A stretch of DNA of 64,000 bases, taken from a bacterium. Lineage in GTDB: Bacteria > Hydrothermota > UBA3073 > JACQXS01 > JAQTXJ01. The position numbers and the translations under genes were made by a program. Position 1 is the first letter of the stretch, and each line of letters begins with the position of its first letter. The notes beneath the pieces were generated by a model. That model worked only from the letters and a program-made list of their open reading frames with translations, searched no databases and was not told the DNA's origin. The stretch covers positions 17,361 to 81,360 of the forward strand of contig JBAZNK010000015.1 of NCBI GenBank assembly GCA_041649255.1. Reading direction: 5' to 3'. Of this stretch, positions 29,090 through 39,464 are shown piece after piece.

Positions 29090-29893
29090 CTAAAAATATC
29101 TAATTTCCTGCACTATGTAATCAACAGGGTTTTTAGCTCTCCCAGCCCGCCACACTTCATAATGTAATCTTGGTCCGATCGTTTTTCCGGTTTTTCCGGC
29201 GTAACCGATTACCTGATTTCTTTTGACTGTCTGCCCTTTACTTACTTTCAATAATCCAAGATGTGAATACGTAGTTTCAAAACCATAATTATGGTCAATG
29301 CGAACCGTTAGCCCTGAATTAGATGAAAAACCAGCATATTCAACTCTCCCTGCACCGGCAGCAAATATTGCACTCCCTTCCGGCGCTGCAATATCTATTC
29401 CCTCGGAATATCTTTCTTCCCCGGTAAATATGTATTTTGTTTTACCAAAAGTTTGGATTACAAAACCATTTGTAGGCAAAATACAGGGAATACTCCCGCC
29501 AATCTCTGCATCCCCCGTTAATTTCTGTTCGACTTTGCTCAAAACATATTTGGAGCTTTTCAATTCTCCCAGAAGTTCATCTATACCAATCATTTTCTCA
29601 TTTGCATAAGAAACATCTTTAACTGTTTGAAATCTATCTATGGCATTAACTTTAGATACGATATTTTTGTAATATGCACTTACTTTTCCGTATTCTTCAT
29701 AACAATTATTCAAACTACTCTCCAGGTGATTATTCATATTTTCTATTGCGGATGAATTTAAAAAACCTTTCGGCAAAAGATACCTGCTTACAATAGGAAA
29801 CACAATAAGAATTACCACTATAACAATCCAGAATTTTCGGATCCTGAATGTCTTTATATTTGAAGTATTATGGGGGATTATCGTTATTTTCAT
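29090..29893 (-). CDS. M23-family metallopeptidase (LytM-type)
   Basis: EGIDIAAPEGSAI..IDHNYGFETTYSHL..GKTGKTIGPRLHYEV (HxxxD and HxH motifs), with an N-terminal TM segment. Confidence 0.85.
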   Translation of the reverse strand: MKITIIPHNTSNIKTFRIRKFWIVIVVILIVFPIVSRYLLPKGFLNSSAIENMNNHLESSLNNCYEEYGKVSAYYKNIVSKVNAIDRFQTVKDVSYANEKMIGIDELLGELKSSKYVLSKVEQKLTGDAEIGGSIPCILPTNGFVIQTFGKTKYIFTGEERYSEGIDIAAPEGSAIFAAGAGRVEYAGFSSNSGLTVRIDHNYGFETTYSHLGLLKVSKGQTVKRNQVIGYAGKTGKTIGPRLHYEVWRAGRAKNPVDYIVQEIRYF

Positions 29894-30681
29894 CCGAGTG
29901 CCCTTCTCAACTTAATAATAGCTCGTTTTTCTATCTGCCTTATGCGCTCACGAGAAAGATTCAATATGCTCCCAACCTGTTGCAATGTATAAGCAGCCCC
30001 ACCTCCAAGTCCAAATCTTAAACGAATAATCGTTCTCTCTACCTTATTTAATTTATCTATGTTTTCTTTGATTTCACTAACATAAACCGACATTAAGGCA
30101 TTGTTCTCGAGTATCTCCATATCCGTACCCATAATGTCGCCTATTGTTGTTTTTTCACCTATCAGAGTATCAAGTGAAATTGCGGATTCCGCTAAATCCA
30201 TTGCTTCTTCCACATCTTTCACGCTAATTCCCAATGCTCTTGAGATTTCCTCCGTTGTAGGCAATCTCCCAAATAATTTTGATAACTCTTCCTCCATTCC
30301 CCTGATTGCAGATTTATCTAATTGTTTTTTTATCGGAATTCTGATTGATTTGGCGCCGTCATAAATCGTTCTTAATATGTAATGTTTTATCCACCACACG
30401 GCATAGGATATAAACCTTACTCTTTTTCTTAAATCGTATTTCTCCAAAGCTTTTAAAAGTCCTATAGTCCCTTCCAGCATAAGGTCTTCAACATCTACTC
30501 CCCGCCCCTTGTATAAATAAGCAAGCCTCACGACTGAACTGATCTTCAGTCTTACAAATTTATCTTTTGCTTCTTTATCCCCTTTCTTTATTTTCTTTAT
30601 ATATTCTCGCTCTTCTTCATATGATAAAGGAGCGGTTTTAGGGACACTCTGGAAAAAACCACAACTTTTTAGTTCTTTCAT
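29890..30681 (-). CDS. Sigma-70 family RNA polymerase sigma factor (regions 2-4, compact)
   Basis: Region 2 (..DLMLEGTIGLLKALEKYD..FISYAVWWIKHYI..) and region 4 HTH (..YTLQQVGSILNLSRERIRQIEKRAIIKLR..). Confidence 0.85.
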   Translation of the reverse strand: MKELKSCGFFQSVPKTAPLSYEEEREYIKKIKKGDKEAKDKFVRLKISSVVRLAYLYKGRGVDVEDLMLEGTIGLLKALEKYDLRKRVRFISYAVWWIKHYILRTIYDGAKSIRIPIKKQLDKSAIRGMEEELSKLFGRLPTTEEISRALGISVKDVEEAMDLAESAISLDTLIGEKTTIGDIMGTDMEILENNALMSVYVSEIKENIDKLNKVERTIIRLRFGLGGGAAYTLQQVGSILNLSRERIRQIEKRAIIKLRRALG

Positions 30682-30728
30682 TTTAATCTGTTTCTATCCC
30701 GATTAACGATTTACAATTTTCTGTTTTA

Positions 30729-32189
30729 TTATTTCTGATTTGGAGTAAAGGCTACTATTGCCTTACCGTCTCCCCTCTTTAATTTAAATACAATAGGAGC
30801 TTTACTTTTGCCGTATGTAGAATGTGCAGATTCATAATCCTGTAAATTTTTTATTTCTTTATTTCCTATTTTTGTTATTATGTCTCCCATTCTTATCCCG
30901 GCTTCGTATGCAATTGAGCCTTCATCTATACTTGCCACGACTACTCCGGAAGATGCTTTGATATTCATTTTTTCTGCTTCCGGACTCTTTACGGAAACAA
31001 CTTCCATATCAAGCCATTTTTCAGCTTTTTGAGGTTCCCCTGTTCCCTTCATTTCTGCAGGTTTCTCTCCTACCGTCACAAATAAAGTCTGGAATGTTTT
31101 ATCTCTAAATATCTTTATTGTTATTTTTTTATTGAGTGGAGTTTGCAAAACTATAGTCGCAAAATTCTTATATGTTACCTTTTTGCCATCCCATTCAACA
31201 AGTATGTCTTCCTCTTTTACTCCAGCTTTTGCTGCAGGAGAACCCGAAAGAACTGAAGTTACTACTATCCCCGCTCCCGTGTTATCCTTAAATCCGTATG
31301 CTTCCGCAAGATTACTATTTATTCCCTCGTAATAAATTCCTAACCACCCTCTTTTTACTTCTTTATACTGTACTAAATCGGATTTTACTTTTTGTGCCAT
31401 ATTTATAGGAACTGCAAACCCGATTCCTATATTCCCTACTATACCACTACCAGTCATACTGCCACTTGTTTTTATAGCCGCATTTATGCCTATTACTTCT
31501 CCTTTGAGGTTTACAAGCGGGCCACCGGAATTCCCCGGGTTTATCGCTGCATCCGTCTGGATAAAGTCCTGTATTTTGGGACCATCGCCATCTTCGTATC
31601 CTATCCCAATATCCCGTCTGTCTTTAGCTGAGACGACTCCAACCGTAACCGTCCCGAAAAGCTGGAACGGGTTTCCTATTGCCATAACCCAGTCTCCGAC
31701 TTCAATTTCATCCGAATTTCCAAGTTTTGCATACGGAAGCCCTTTGACATCTATTTTTAAAAGTGCTATATCCGTTACAGGATCGCTTCCTATTACTTTA
31801 GCTTTATATTCTTTCTCATCCATCATTTTTACTGTAAGTGATGATGCCCCACTTATTACATGATTATTCGTAAGAATATAGCCATCTTCGGATACGATAA
31901 ACCCCGAACCAAGACCTGAAAGCGTCTGTCTTTTTTTAAGTTCCGGCATAAATTGTCTAAAAAATTCATCCGGTGTTCCCCCAAAAAACTCAGAAAACGG
32001 GTCTCGTACATTCACTGTTTTTTCTGCGGAAATACTTACAACTGCCGGCATTAATTCTTTTGCTATCCTAACAAAGGGACTTTTCCCTTCTGAAGTAATT
32101 GGCAATGAACCTTTTATTTCTACTTTGGGTGGTTCACTGCATAACAACGCAGGCATCACCAACAATGCCACAAGTAAACCTTTTTTCAT
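30729..32189 (-). CDS. HtrA/DegP-family periplasmic serine endoprotease with two PDZ domains
   Basis: Signal peptide, catalytic TNNHV, DIALLK and GNSGGPLVN motifs, and two PDZ-like C-terminal repeats. Confidence 0.9.
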   Translation of the reverse strand: MKKGLLVALLVMPALLCSEPPKVEIKGSLPITSEGKSPFVRIAKELMPAVVSISAEKTVNVRDPFSEFFGGTPDEFFRQFMPELKKRQTLSGLGSGFIVSEDGYILTNNHVISGASSLTVKMMDEKEYKAKVIGSDPVTDIALLKIDVKGLPYAKLGNSDEIEVGDWVMAIGNPFQLFGTVTVGVVSAKDRRDIGIGYEDGDGPKIQDFIQTDAAINPGNSGGPLVNLKGEVIGINAAIKTSGSMTGSGIVGNIGIGFAVPINMAQKVKSDLVQYKEVKRGWLGIYYEGINSNLAEAYGFKDNTGAGIVVTSVLSGSPAAKAGVKEEDILVEWDGKKVTYKNFATIVLQTPLNKKITIKIFRDKTFQTLFVTVGEKPAEMKGTGEPQKAEKWLDMEVVSVKSPEAEKMNIKASSGVVVASIDEGSIAYEAGIRMGDIITKIGNKEIKNLQDYESAHSTYGKSKAPIVFKLKRGDGKAIVAFTPNQK

Positions 32190-32432
32190 CTTTCCCCCTT
32201 TCTTTTAGATTAAAAGGAATATCCTGTTATACAGGACAGCTTTTTCTTTTTTATTTTGATTGTCTTAACATAATACATTCTATGTATTAAGTCAAGAATA
32301 AAAATATCCTCTCTTTATCCCACCTTTTTTACTATTTAATTCTATTTCTTGCTTAACTTAACCCACCTACTTTACCTGCTCTATTTTTTCCTTGACTTTT
32401 CCTTAAAAATCAAGCAATTAGTAAATCAGATT

Positions 32433-33224
32433 ATGAAAAAGGTTTGTTATGTTTTTACACTCAACGTGTTATTATCCGGAATAGCATACGGGAACAGTAT
32501 GCAAGAGGTCCCCATACCAAAATTAATAAAAGATATAAAACCTTCCATTGTAGGAGTACTAGCAAGAGATATTAATCAATCCGGGACCGGAGTATTCTTA
32601 TCCATTAACAAAAAAACATATATATTAACTAACGAACACGTTGTAGCTCTAAAAGACAGCGCAGGGGAAACAATCAAGTACTCTGAAGATATAGTAGTAA
32701 CTTTCAATCTAAAAATAAAAAGGGCATTCTTTTTTCAGGCTGAGATAGAAAAAACAGACGAGAATTCCGATTTGGCAGCTCTTAGATTTTATCGTCCAGT
32801 TGATATGCCGGACAGTTTATTTGATGCCGTTTTTGTCCCTTCCAATATATGGAAAGAACCCGATGATATAAAAGAGGGGGAAACAGTAATATATTCAGGG
32901 TATCCTACAGGATGGGGCTTATCTTACCAGCGGAATTACCCACTTTCAAGGATCGGAATAGTATCTCAGGTAATTCCCGGCAAAAAAGATTTTCTAATAG
33001 ATGCGTTTGTACAACCCGGATACAGTGGCAGTCCGGTTTTTCTAGTCCGGGAGAACCAAAAAGACACTCTTTCAAAATGGATGTGGTATTTCATAGGAAT
33101 CGCAAAAAGTTATCCCAAAATATATAAAAATTTAACAGATAGTATCAAAATATCGGAGAATCCGGGCTTTGCAAACGTTATAGGAACAGGATTGATAAAA
33201 AAGTTTTTTGAAGTAGAAAAATAA
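32433..33224 (+). CDS. Secreted trypsin-like (S1/S1C-like) serine protease
   Basis: TNEHVV, DLAALRF and GYSGSPVF form a His/Asp/Ser triad context. The start is placed at ATG 32433 (MKKVCYVFTLNVLLSG signal peptide) rather than the track's TTG at 32349. Confidence 0.6.
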   Translation: MKKVCYVFTLNVLLSGIAYGNSMQEVPIPKLIKDIKPSIVGVLARDINQSGTGVFLSINKKTYILTNEHVVALKDSAGETIKYSEDIVVTFNLKIKRAFFFQAEIEKTDENSDLAALRFYRPVDMPDSLFDAVFVPSNIWKEPDDIKEGETVIYSGYPTGWGLSYQRNYPLSRIGIVSQVIPGKKDFLIDAFVQPGYSGSPVFLVRENQKDTLSKWMWYFIGIAKSYPKIYKNLTDSIKISENPGFANVIGTGLIKKFFEVEK

Positions 33225-33252
33225 CAACAACACTTTCGACAATTAAAAATTT

Positions 33253-35052
33253 CTAATCAATCTTAAGAATTGCGTGGAAGGCTTCTTTTGGCAAATCTAC
33301 CGAACCTTCATTTCTCATTCTCTTTTTTCCTTCTTTTTGTTTTTCACGGAGTTTTCGTTTCCTTGTGATGTCGCCACCGGAACACCTTGCAGTGACATCT
33401 TTACGGAATGTGGGAATAGTTTCCCGAGCAATTATTTTTCCACCAATCGCAGCCTGTAAAGCCACTGCAAATTGATGTCTAGGAATTACTTCTTTTAATT
33501 TAATCACCAAATCTCTCGCACGCTGCTGTACTTTTTCCGCATTCACAAGAAAAGATAAGGCATCAACCGGTTCACCGGCTACTAAAATATCCACTTTCGC
33601 CAAATCTACTTCCCGATAATCCAGATATTCATAATCAAAAGATGCATACCCCTTACTTACGGATTTTAATTTATCATAAAAATCAAATAAAACTTCCGAC
33701 AATGGTAATTCATAAATAATTATGTTTCGATTTCCTTCAAGATAATTCAAAGACTGTTGAATACCTCTTCTTGATTCTAAAAGTGTTAACACACTACCTA
33801 CATATTCATTGGGAACCAATATTGTAGCTTTAATGTAAGGCTCTTCGCTTTTATCTATTTCATTGATACTCGGGAATCTGAGAGGATTATCAACTATTAT
33901 CATTTCACCACTATTTTTTTTGGTAATATGATAAGAGACGCTTGGCGCAGTCGAAATTAAGTCCAGTTCATATTCACGATAAAACCTCTCGCTTATTATT
34001 TCCATATGCAACAGTCCTAAAAACCCGCATCTGTATCCAAGCCCAAGCGCTAACGAAGATTCAGGCTCGTATATCAATGAAGCGTCGGTCAATCTTAACT
34101 TTTCAACTGCATCCTGTAACTCTTTGAATGCCGTATCAGGTCCGGGATAAAAACTGCAAAAAACCATTGGCTTTAATTCGCGATACCCTTGAAGAGGTTC
34201 GGCAGCAGGGAAATTCACCGTAGTAATAGTATCTCCTATTTTAATATCCGTAAGATTTTTTATTCCTGTTATAATATACCCTACTTCTCCTGACTGTAAA
34301 ACATCCTGCGGTATCAAGCCCATTCTCATAATTCCGATTTCACTAACAGGATACGTATTATCATTAGACATCAATTTAATCTCCATACCTTGCTTTATTT
34401 GCCCTTCAAATATTCTAACATATATAACGACTCCACGATACGCATCAAACCAGGAATCAAAAATTAACGCTTTTAAGGGCATATTGGGATCTCCTTTGGG
34501 AGGAGGAACTTCATCTACAATGGTTTCTAATAATTCTTCAATTCCAATTCCTTCTTTTCCACTTGCTAAAACAGCTTTATTTGGATTTAAGTGTAAAACT
34601 TCTTCTATTTGTTTTTTAACGAGAGGAATGTCCACATTTTGCAAATCTATTTTATTAATAACCGGAATAATAATCTTATTGAGACTTTTGGCTAACAAAG
34701 TATGCGCCAGAGTTTGGGCTTCCACTCCCTGGGAAGCATCAATCAAAAGAACTACTCCTTCCGTTGCCGCAAGACTACGGGAAACTTCGTAAGTAAAATC
34801 AACATGCCCCGGAGTATCAATAAGATTTAATATATAAGTTTTACCATCCCACGCCTTATATTCCATTCTTATTGGATGCGCTTTGATAGTAATTCCGCGT
34901 TCGCGTTCCAAATCCATAGTATCCAAAACCTGGTCGCGCATTTTTCTGATTTCAATTGTATGCGTAAACTCTAGCAGCCTGTCCGCAAGAGTAGATTTGC
35001 CGTGGTCAATGTGGGCAATTATACTGAAATTCCTGATATTTGAAAGTTCCAT
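33253..35052 (-). CDS. lepA: Translation elongation factor 4
   Basis: 599 aa. [34 protein letters not shown] and the LepA-specific C-terminal domain. Confidence 0.95.
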   Translation of the reverse strand: MELSNIRNFSIIAHIDHGKSTLADRLLEFTHTIEIRKMRDQVLDTMDLERERGITIKAHPIRMEYKAWDGKTYILNLIDTPGHVDFTYEVSRSLAATEGVVLLIDASQGVEAQTLAHTLLAKSLNKIIIPVINKIDLQNVDIPLVKKQIEEVLHLNPNKAVLASGKEGIGIEELLETIVDEVPPPKGDPNMPLKALIFDSWFDAYRGVVIYVRIFEGQIKQGMEIKLMSNDNTYPVSEIGIMRMGLIPQDVLQSGEVGYIITGIKNLTDIKIGDTITTVNFPAAEPLQGYRELKPMVFCSFYPGPDTAFKELQDAVEKLRLTDASLIYEPESSLALGLGYRCGFLGLLHMEIISERFYREYELDLISTAPSVSYHITKKNSGEMIIVDNPLRFPSINEIDKSEEPYIKATILVPNEYVGSVLTLLESRRGIQQSLNYLEGNRNIIIYELPLSEVLFDFYDKLKSVSKGYASFDYEYLDYREVDLAKVDILVAGEPVDALSFLVNAEKVQQRARDLVIKLKEVIPRHQFAVALQAAIGGKIIARETIPTFRKDVTARCSGGDITRKRKLREKQKEGKKRMRNEGSVDLPKEAFHAILKID

Positions 35053-35293
35053 TGCTTTGCTTTTGTTACTTATACCCTAAATTTAACCTATGTCAAATTA
35101 AAATTTCAATCGCGATTAGTATTCAACAATATTAACGCTGATTTTATCCTATATTTAGTTTCAATTTTATCTTTGTCTAATACCGCAAAAAAAGACTTGA
35201 CAAAATACTTAATATATTACATCAATACATTGGTATGAGTTCAGAGGTGAAATTGGGAGTAAAAGTAAGTTTCAGGTAAACAAGGGGGATTAT

Positions 35294-37159
35294 ATGCTGG
35301 TATTGTTTTCGTTTTTTTTATTAGGAGCAGTTCATACTCAAACTGATTGGGTAGGGAGTTCGGGAGTATTAGGTCCCGTAGCAAACTGGGAAACTTCTTT
35401 TTATTCTTCTGATAGTTTAACGCAATCTACTCAGGGAGAGGTACACCCGCTTCAAGGCCAAATAAATTACTCAAACTGGACTTCTCACATAATAGAATCA
35501 AATGCTAATATCGTATGCCATAGCATCTGGCCCGCAGACTTTGATGGTGACGGTGACATCGACCTTGCCGGATGGATAGGCAAGGCGAATCAGCTTGCCT
35601 TCTACCGTAACGATAACGGTGTTTTTACTAAAATGAACACTTATGCTACAGTTGGAGCATCTAACTGGGGATTCCTGTCAGGAGCAGATTTTAATAACGA
35701 TGGACGGCAAGATGTAGTAGTGCCCGGAGGATTGACTGACCCATATTCCCTATCTCCAAAAGGAGTAATCTGGTATAGAAACGACGGTAATTTTAATTTT
35801 ACGCCGCTCACCGTTGAACCCACCGGAACGACATCCTACGCGCGAATAGATTGTCAATGCGATGATATAGATAATGACGGTGATGTCGATTTAATCGTCG
35901 GCACGGTTTATCCTTGGATGGGAAGCGCCGGAAACTGGGCACGAATCTATAAAAACAATGGCTCGGGAACGTTTTCCCTTTTTGACAGCGTTGCCGGTAA
36001 TTACTGGCGTTCAAAACTTACTGACCTTAATGGAGATGGGTATAAAGACCTTATGATAGGCGACCCAATGACCCCCAGAGGAATCGTGATTTATTTTAAT
36101 AATGGCACCGGAAGATTCAATCAGGTAACTTCGCTGGTAAGTGGAGTAGACAGTATAGACGGATTAGAAAGCCGGGATTTTGATAATGATGGAGACCAGG
36201 ATATTACCGCCTGTGCTAATAGGGCGTACTGGTTTGAAAATGACGGGACCGGAATAACTTATACCCGGCACACTATATATTCCGGCGCTGCTGCCGAATT
36301 TGCTGACGGCGCTTGCTCCGAAGATATGGACCTGGACGGTAAATACGATTTGGTCGCAGGATTTACTAGACTTGCATGGTTCAGACAAATCGGACCTGAT
36401 AATTTTACTACTTACGTCATAGACAACTATAACTCCATACCTTCATCCACCCATTGGGTAGTCCCCATCAAAATTAAATCGGGGTGTCTTGGTGGTGGAT
36501 GGGATATTGTTGTTTGCAGACAGGGCGCCTTTATGTGGTACGAAAATAATATGGTATCCGGATTTTCTACAGGTTCGTTGGAATCATCCGTTCTTGAAAC
36601 TGATCCCCAACAGAGGTCTTTTTTGTTTTTCGGATGGGAGGTCTGTCTCCCCCAACCTAATACAATTGCATTCTACTGGAGAGGCGATAGCACGGCAGCA
36701 AATATAACATCTAAAACATGGGAGGGACCATTTTATGCGGCGCAAGAAGTTGACAGCATTGCATTGCCTATTACTCCTTGTTATAGATTTTTCCAGTATA
36801 AAGCTCAGTTTTTGAAAGCAACTGTCGTTGATGCTCCGATTTTATATAAAGTATGGTTAAGCGATACAAATTGTCTCGGAAGCGGAATAGCAGAAAATAC
36901 ATTTATAACTACTCAAGTGGAACTCAAAACAATCGGAAACAAGATAATGCTCTCTACTAATAAACTGATTGAAAATGCGACTCTTTCTATATTTAATATT
37001 GCGGGTGAACTTGTGCAGACTATTTATAACGGAAGACTCGAAGCTAAAACGTATAAGTTCTCGCCAAAGTTGCCTTCAAAAGGAATCTATCTTGTAGTCC
37101 TAAAGTCGAATATCTACACAAAAACGGTAAAACTTATTAATACCGGATGGTCAAAATAA
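35294..37159 (+). CDS. FG-GAP/VCBS-repeat protein with T9SS C-terminal domain
   Basis: Repeated DxDxDGxxD calcium-type loops (FDGDGDIDLAG, FNNDGRQDVVV, DIDNDGDVDLIV, DLNGDGYKDLMI, DFDNDGDQDI). The C-terminus ..LSIFNIAGELV..GIYLVVLK..VKLI is a T9SS CTD. Confidence 0.8.
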   Translation: MLVLFSFFLLGAVHTQTDWVGSSGVLGPVANWETSFYSSDSLTQSTQGEVHPLQGQINYSNWTSHIIESNANIVCHSIWPADFDGDGDIDLAGWIGKANQLAFYRNDNGVFTKMNTYATVGASNWGFLSGADFNNDGRQDVVVPGGLTDPYSLSPKGVIWYRNDGNFNFTPLTVEPTGTTSYARIDCQCDDIDNDGDVDLIVGTVYPWMGSAGNWARIYKNNGSGTFSLFDSVAGNYWRSKLTDLNGDGYKDLMIGDPMTPRGIVIYFNNGTGRFNQVTSLVSGVDSIDGLESRDFDNDGDQDITACANRAYWFENDGTGITYTRHTIYSGAAAEFADGACSEDMDLDGKYDLVAGFTRLAWFRQIGPDNFTTYVIDNYNSIPSSTHWVVPIKIKSGCLGGGWDIVVCRQGAFMWYENNMVSGFSTGSLESSVLETDPQQRSFLFFGWEVCLPQPNTIAFYWRGDSTAANITSKTWEGPFYAAQEVDSIALPITPCYRFFQYKAQFLKATVVDAPILYKVWLSDTNCLGSGIAENTFITTQVELKTIGNKIMLSTNKLIENATLSIFNIAGELVQTIYNGRLEAKTYKFSPKLPSKGIYLVVLKSNIYTKTVKLINTGWSK

Positions 37160-37250
37160 GTACACAATTGGTACAGAAAAGTTGGTATAACCAGGAAATT
37201 CGTTTTTCTATAACCCTGTTTTATTATATTTCTAAGCGGAGTTCTATAGA

Positions 37251-37727
37251 TTAAATAATATTTTTTAAAAGCGATAAGAACACTAACCCATCAAAAATCT
37301 TATCTGATTTTGCAATAGAATGAGCTTTACGAATACTGTCTCCTTCATGTTCTAAAAGGTTTTTAAAATCTTCGTTGGGAATAGATAGTTTTTCCCTGAC
37401 TACTTTTGGCGTTAATTCCAATAATTTTATATTATTTTTATGGCAAAAAAGGTGGAGAATTGCCGAATTTGCAAACCCTTCTTCATCCTTGATTTTTCCC
37501 ATATACTTTTGAGGAGATTGATATGCCAATAAACCTGCAGAATATTTTGTTTGAATCCGTAACAATTCATCTAAAACTTTATTATACTTCTCGCCTCTAT
37601 TTTTTATAGATTCCAAAGATACGTTTTCCCTCTTGCCTACAACTAAATTCCCGGCATTTATATCACACTCTAAAAAATTGATTTTCTCTTTTTCAAATCT
37701 AAATAAAATTATTTTCATATTAGTCAA
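37251..37727 (-). CDS. Hypothetical protein
   Basis: 158-aa ORF with coding-like composition. I recognise no motif with confidence. Confidence 0.4.
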   Translation of the reverse strand: MTNMKIILFRFEKEKINFLECDINAGNLVVGKRENVSLESIKNRGEKYNKVLDELLRIQTKYSAGLLAYQSPQKYMGKIKDEEGFANSAILHLFCHKNNIKLLELTPKVVREKLSIPNEDFKNLLEHEGDSIRKAHSIAKSDKIFDGLVFLSLLKNII

Positions 37728-37827
37728 ATACTATCTAATGATATTGGGTATAGATTGAAAACACTAAAAGTCAAGGACAAAAAGAGAACTTATAATCTTA
37801 GTTTGTCTATCTTTATCTTTCAAAATT

Positions 37828-38868
37828 CTAAGAACTAACTACTTTATTAGTGAATCCAATAACAAAAAACACCACTATCCCGATTATCATAGCTATAATA
37901 CCATTACTTAACACGCCCGTTGCTGAACCCGCAATCATAAAATTATGCGCAACCGCAACTCCGGCAATCATCCCAAGAAAACTTATTCCGGAATCCGTAT
38001 TTCCATAACCTGCAAGAATTGTTTGTCTGAAAGGACATCCGCCTATCAACACCGACCCCCAACCCACAAGCAACATTCCCAAAAAACTTGCTATATAATT
38101 TGTATGAACTCCGGGAGATACGCCCGGTTTAAATTGCCCCAATAATAAATTCCCCAGAAGACAGAAAAGGAAAAACCCGAGAATTCCGCTAAACAAATGG
38201 AAATCCTTCATAAGAAAAATATCCCTGATTCCGCCGGCAAAACACAGCCTTGACCTCTGCGCAAAAATACCGACAAGTAATCCTGCAATAATAGAAATTA
38301 GAACCGGCGCATGCCCTTTAGAAGTTAAAACAATAAAAGAAGGTTTTACCAGAAGTAATATAAATAAACATAATGCAATAACCGGAATTATAAAACCATT
38401 TATTTTGCTAACTTCCTGCGCTTTTCCAAGAGTAAAGCCTCCCTTAAGAAATAGCGCTCCGATCCATATTCCAACGATAAATCCTAAAAGTCCTGCCAAA
38501 GCCGTCCAATCTCCGCCTGCCAATCTACCCAGCATTCTAATAGGACACCCGAGGAAAACAAGCGCTCCCATTGCTACGAAGAAACTAATCGTAAAACGAA
38601 TAATAGGAGAAGAACCTCCAATAACCTTGAATTCTTTAGTAAAAATCCCTATAATAAAAGCGCCTAAAATAAACCCTAATATCTCAGGACGAATGTACGA
38701 GAGTTTTTCCATATGATGTAATCCTAATGCGCCTGCAATGTCCCTGATAAAACAAATACCGCAAACACCCATATTAGGAGGATTTCCTAAACTTATAAGG
38801 AATGCAAACAATATTCCAAATAATCCCCCCGTAAGAAAAACTATCCACGAAATCTTAATTTTTCCCAT
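37828..38868 (-). CDS. yedE: YedE/YeeE-family membrane protein (putative selenium/sulfur compound transporter)
   Basis: 346 aa and polytopic. It has repeated conserved Cys loops (GVCGICFIRD, SRLCFAGGIRD, GGCPFRQ) characteristic of YedE-type proteins. It sits adjacent to a TusA-like gene. Confidence 0.8.
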   Translation of the reverse strand: MGKIKISWIVFLTGGLFGILFAFLISLGNPPNMGVCGICFIRDIAGALGLHHMEKLSYIRPEILGFILGAFIIGIFTKEFKVIGGSSPIIRFTISFFVAMGALVFLGCPIRMLGRLAGGDWTALAGLLGFIVGIWIGALFLKGGFTLGKAQEVSKINGFIIPVIALCLFILLLVKPSFIVLTSKGHAPVLISIIAGLLVGIFAQRSRLCFAGGIRDIFLMKDFHLFSGILGFFLFCLLGNLLLGQFKPGVSPGVHTNYIASFLGMLLVGWGSVLIGGCPFRQTILAGYGNTDSGISFLGMIAGVAVAHNFMIAGSATGVLSNGIIAMIIGIVVFFVIGFTNKVVSS

Positions 38869-38883
38869 TTTGCCCCCACTTCG

Positions 38884-39102
38884 TTATTTTAATTTCGTTA
38901 TCTTAATATTGTAAACTCCTTGAGTCTCGGTCAATTCAACCCCACATCCCGAATTTTTTGCAAACCGCGATACGTTTTCAGATGCAGGTTTATTATCAAC
39001 AATAACTTCTATAACTCCATCGGTCATTCCTTCTAATGCCTTTTTAGTTAAAATTACCGGCTGGGGACAATCTAATCCACACGCATCAATTTTGTTTGAC
39101 AT
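38884..39102 (-). CDS. TusA/SirA-like sulfur(selenium)transferase domain protein (YedF N-domain-like)
   Basis: 72 aa with a CGLDCPQPVILTKKAL CPxP active-site motif. Confidence 0.8.
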   Translation of the reverse strand: MSNKIDACGLDCPQPVILTKKALEGMTDGVIEVIVDNKPASENVSRFAKNSGCGVELTETQGVYNIKITKLK

Positions 39103-39426
39103 ATTATCCCCCTTACAATCAAAATATTTACATCTATTACCAATTTAAAATATACACTTATCTTTATCTAATATACAGATTTGTCAAATTGAAAGTTTAG
39201 ATATAACACCGGTGTGTAATATAAAAAATCAATGATTGGATGTGAGAGTTAGTCTCTTGTTTTGTATGAAATTACCGATTAAGAAGGTTGGCAAGAGTAG
39301 GATAGGCAAGTCCGCCTGAGGCGGATTATCCTTGCGCTTAAGCGAATGAACTTCCTTGTCTAAGGAAGAGGAGACGGGCGAACAGCCGTTCGCCCCTATA
39401 AAAAACGAAAGAAATTTATTTCAACA

Positions 39427-39450
39427 AGATAGAATGACGTCATTCTATCT
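39427..39450. repeat. 24-nt perfect palindrome centred on TGACGTCA, just 3' of a T9SS gene
   Basis: AGATAGAATGACGTCATTCTATCT lies 14 nt after the stop at 39465. It is related to the palindrome at 41554..41585. Confidence 0.6.
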
Positions 39451-39464
39451 ATCCTAACAATGAT

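Noticed and set aside
32349-32432. The track's upstream start (32349) for the trypsin-like protease; likewise 62735 for tdh, 54186 for the DivIVA gene, 58550 for coaE and 7584 for the epimerase.
   Set aside because: These are non-ATG starts or lie within promoter-like sequence. Downstream ATGs give canonical N-termini (signal peptide, P-loop, Rossmann motif) and, where present, follow GGAGG-type sites.
39281-39400. I considered whether the GC-rich structured spacer in the selenium locus could be tRNA-Sec (selC).
   Set aside because: On neither strand could I find an anticodon loop containing UCA in a 7-nt loop, a GGTTCGA-type T-loop, or an 8-bp acceptor stem. The stems are independent short hairpins, not a cloverleaf.
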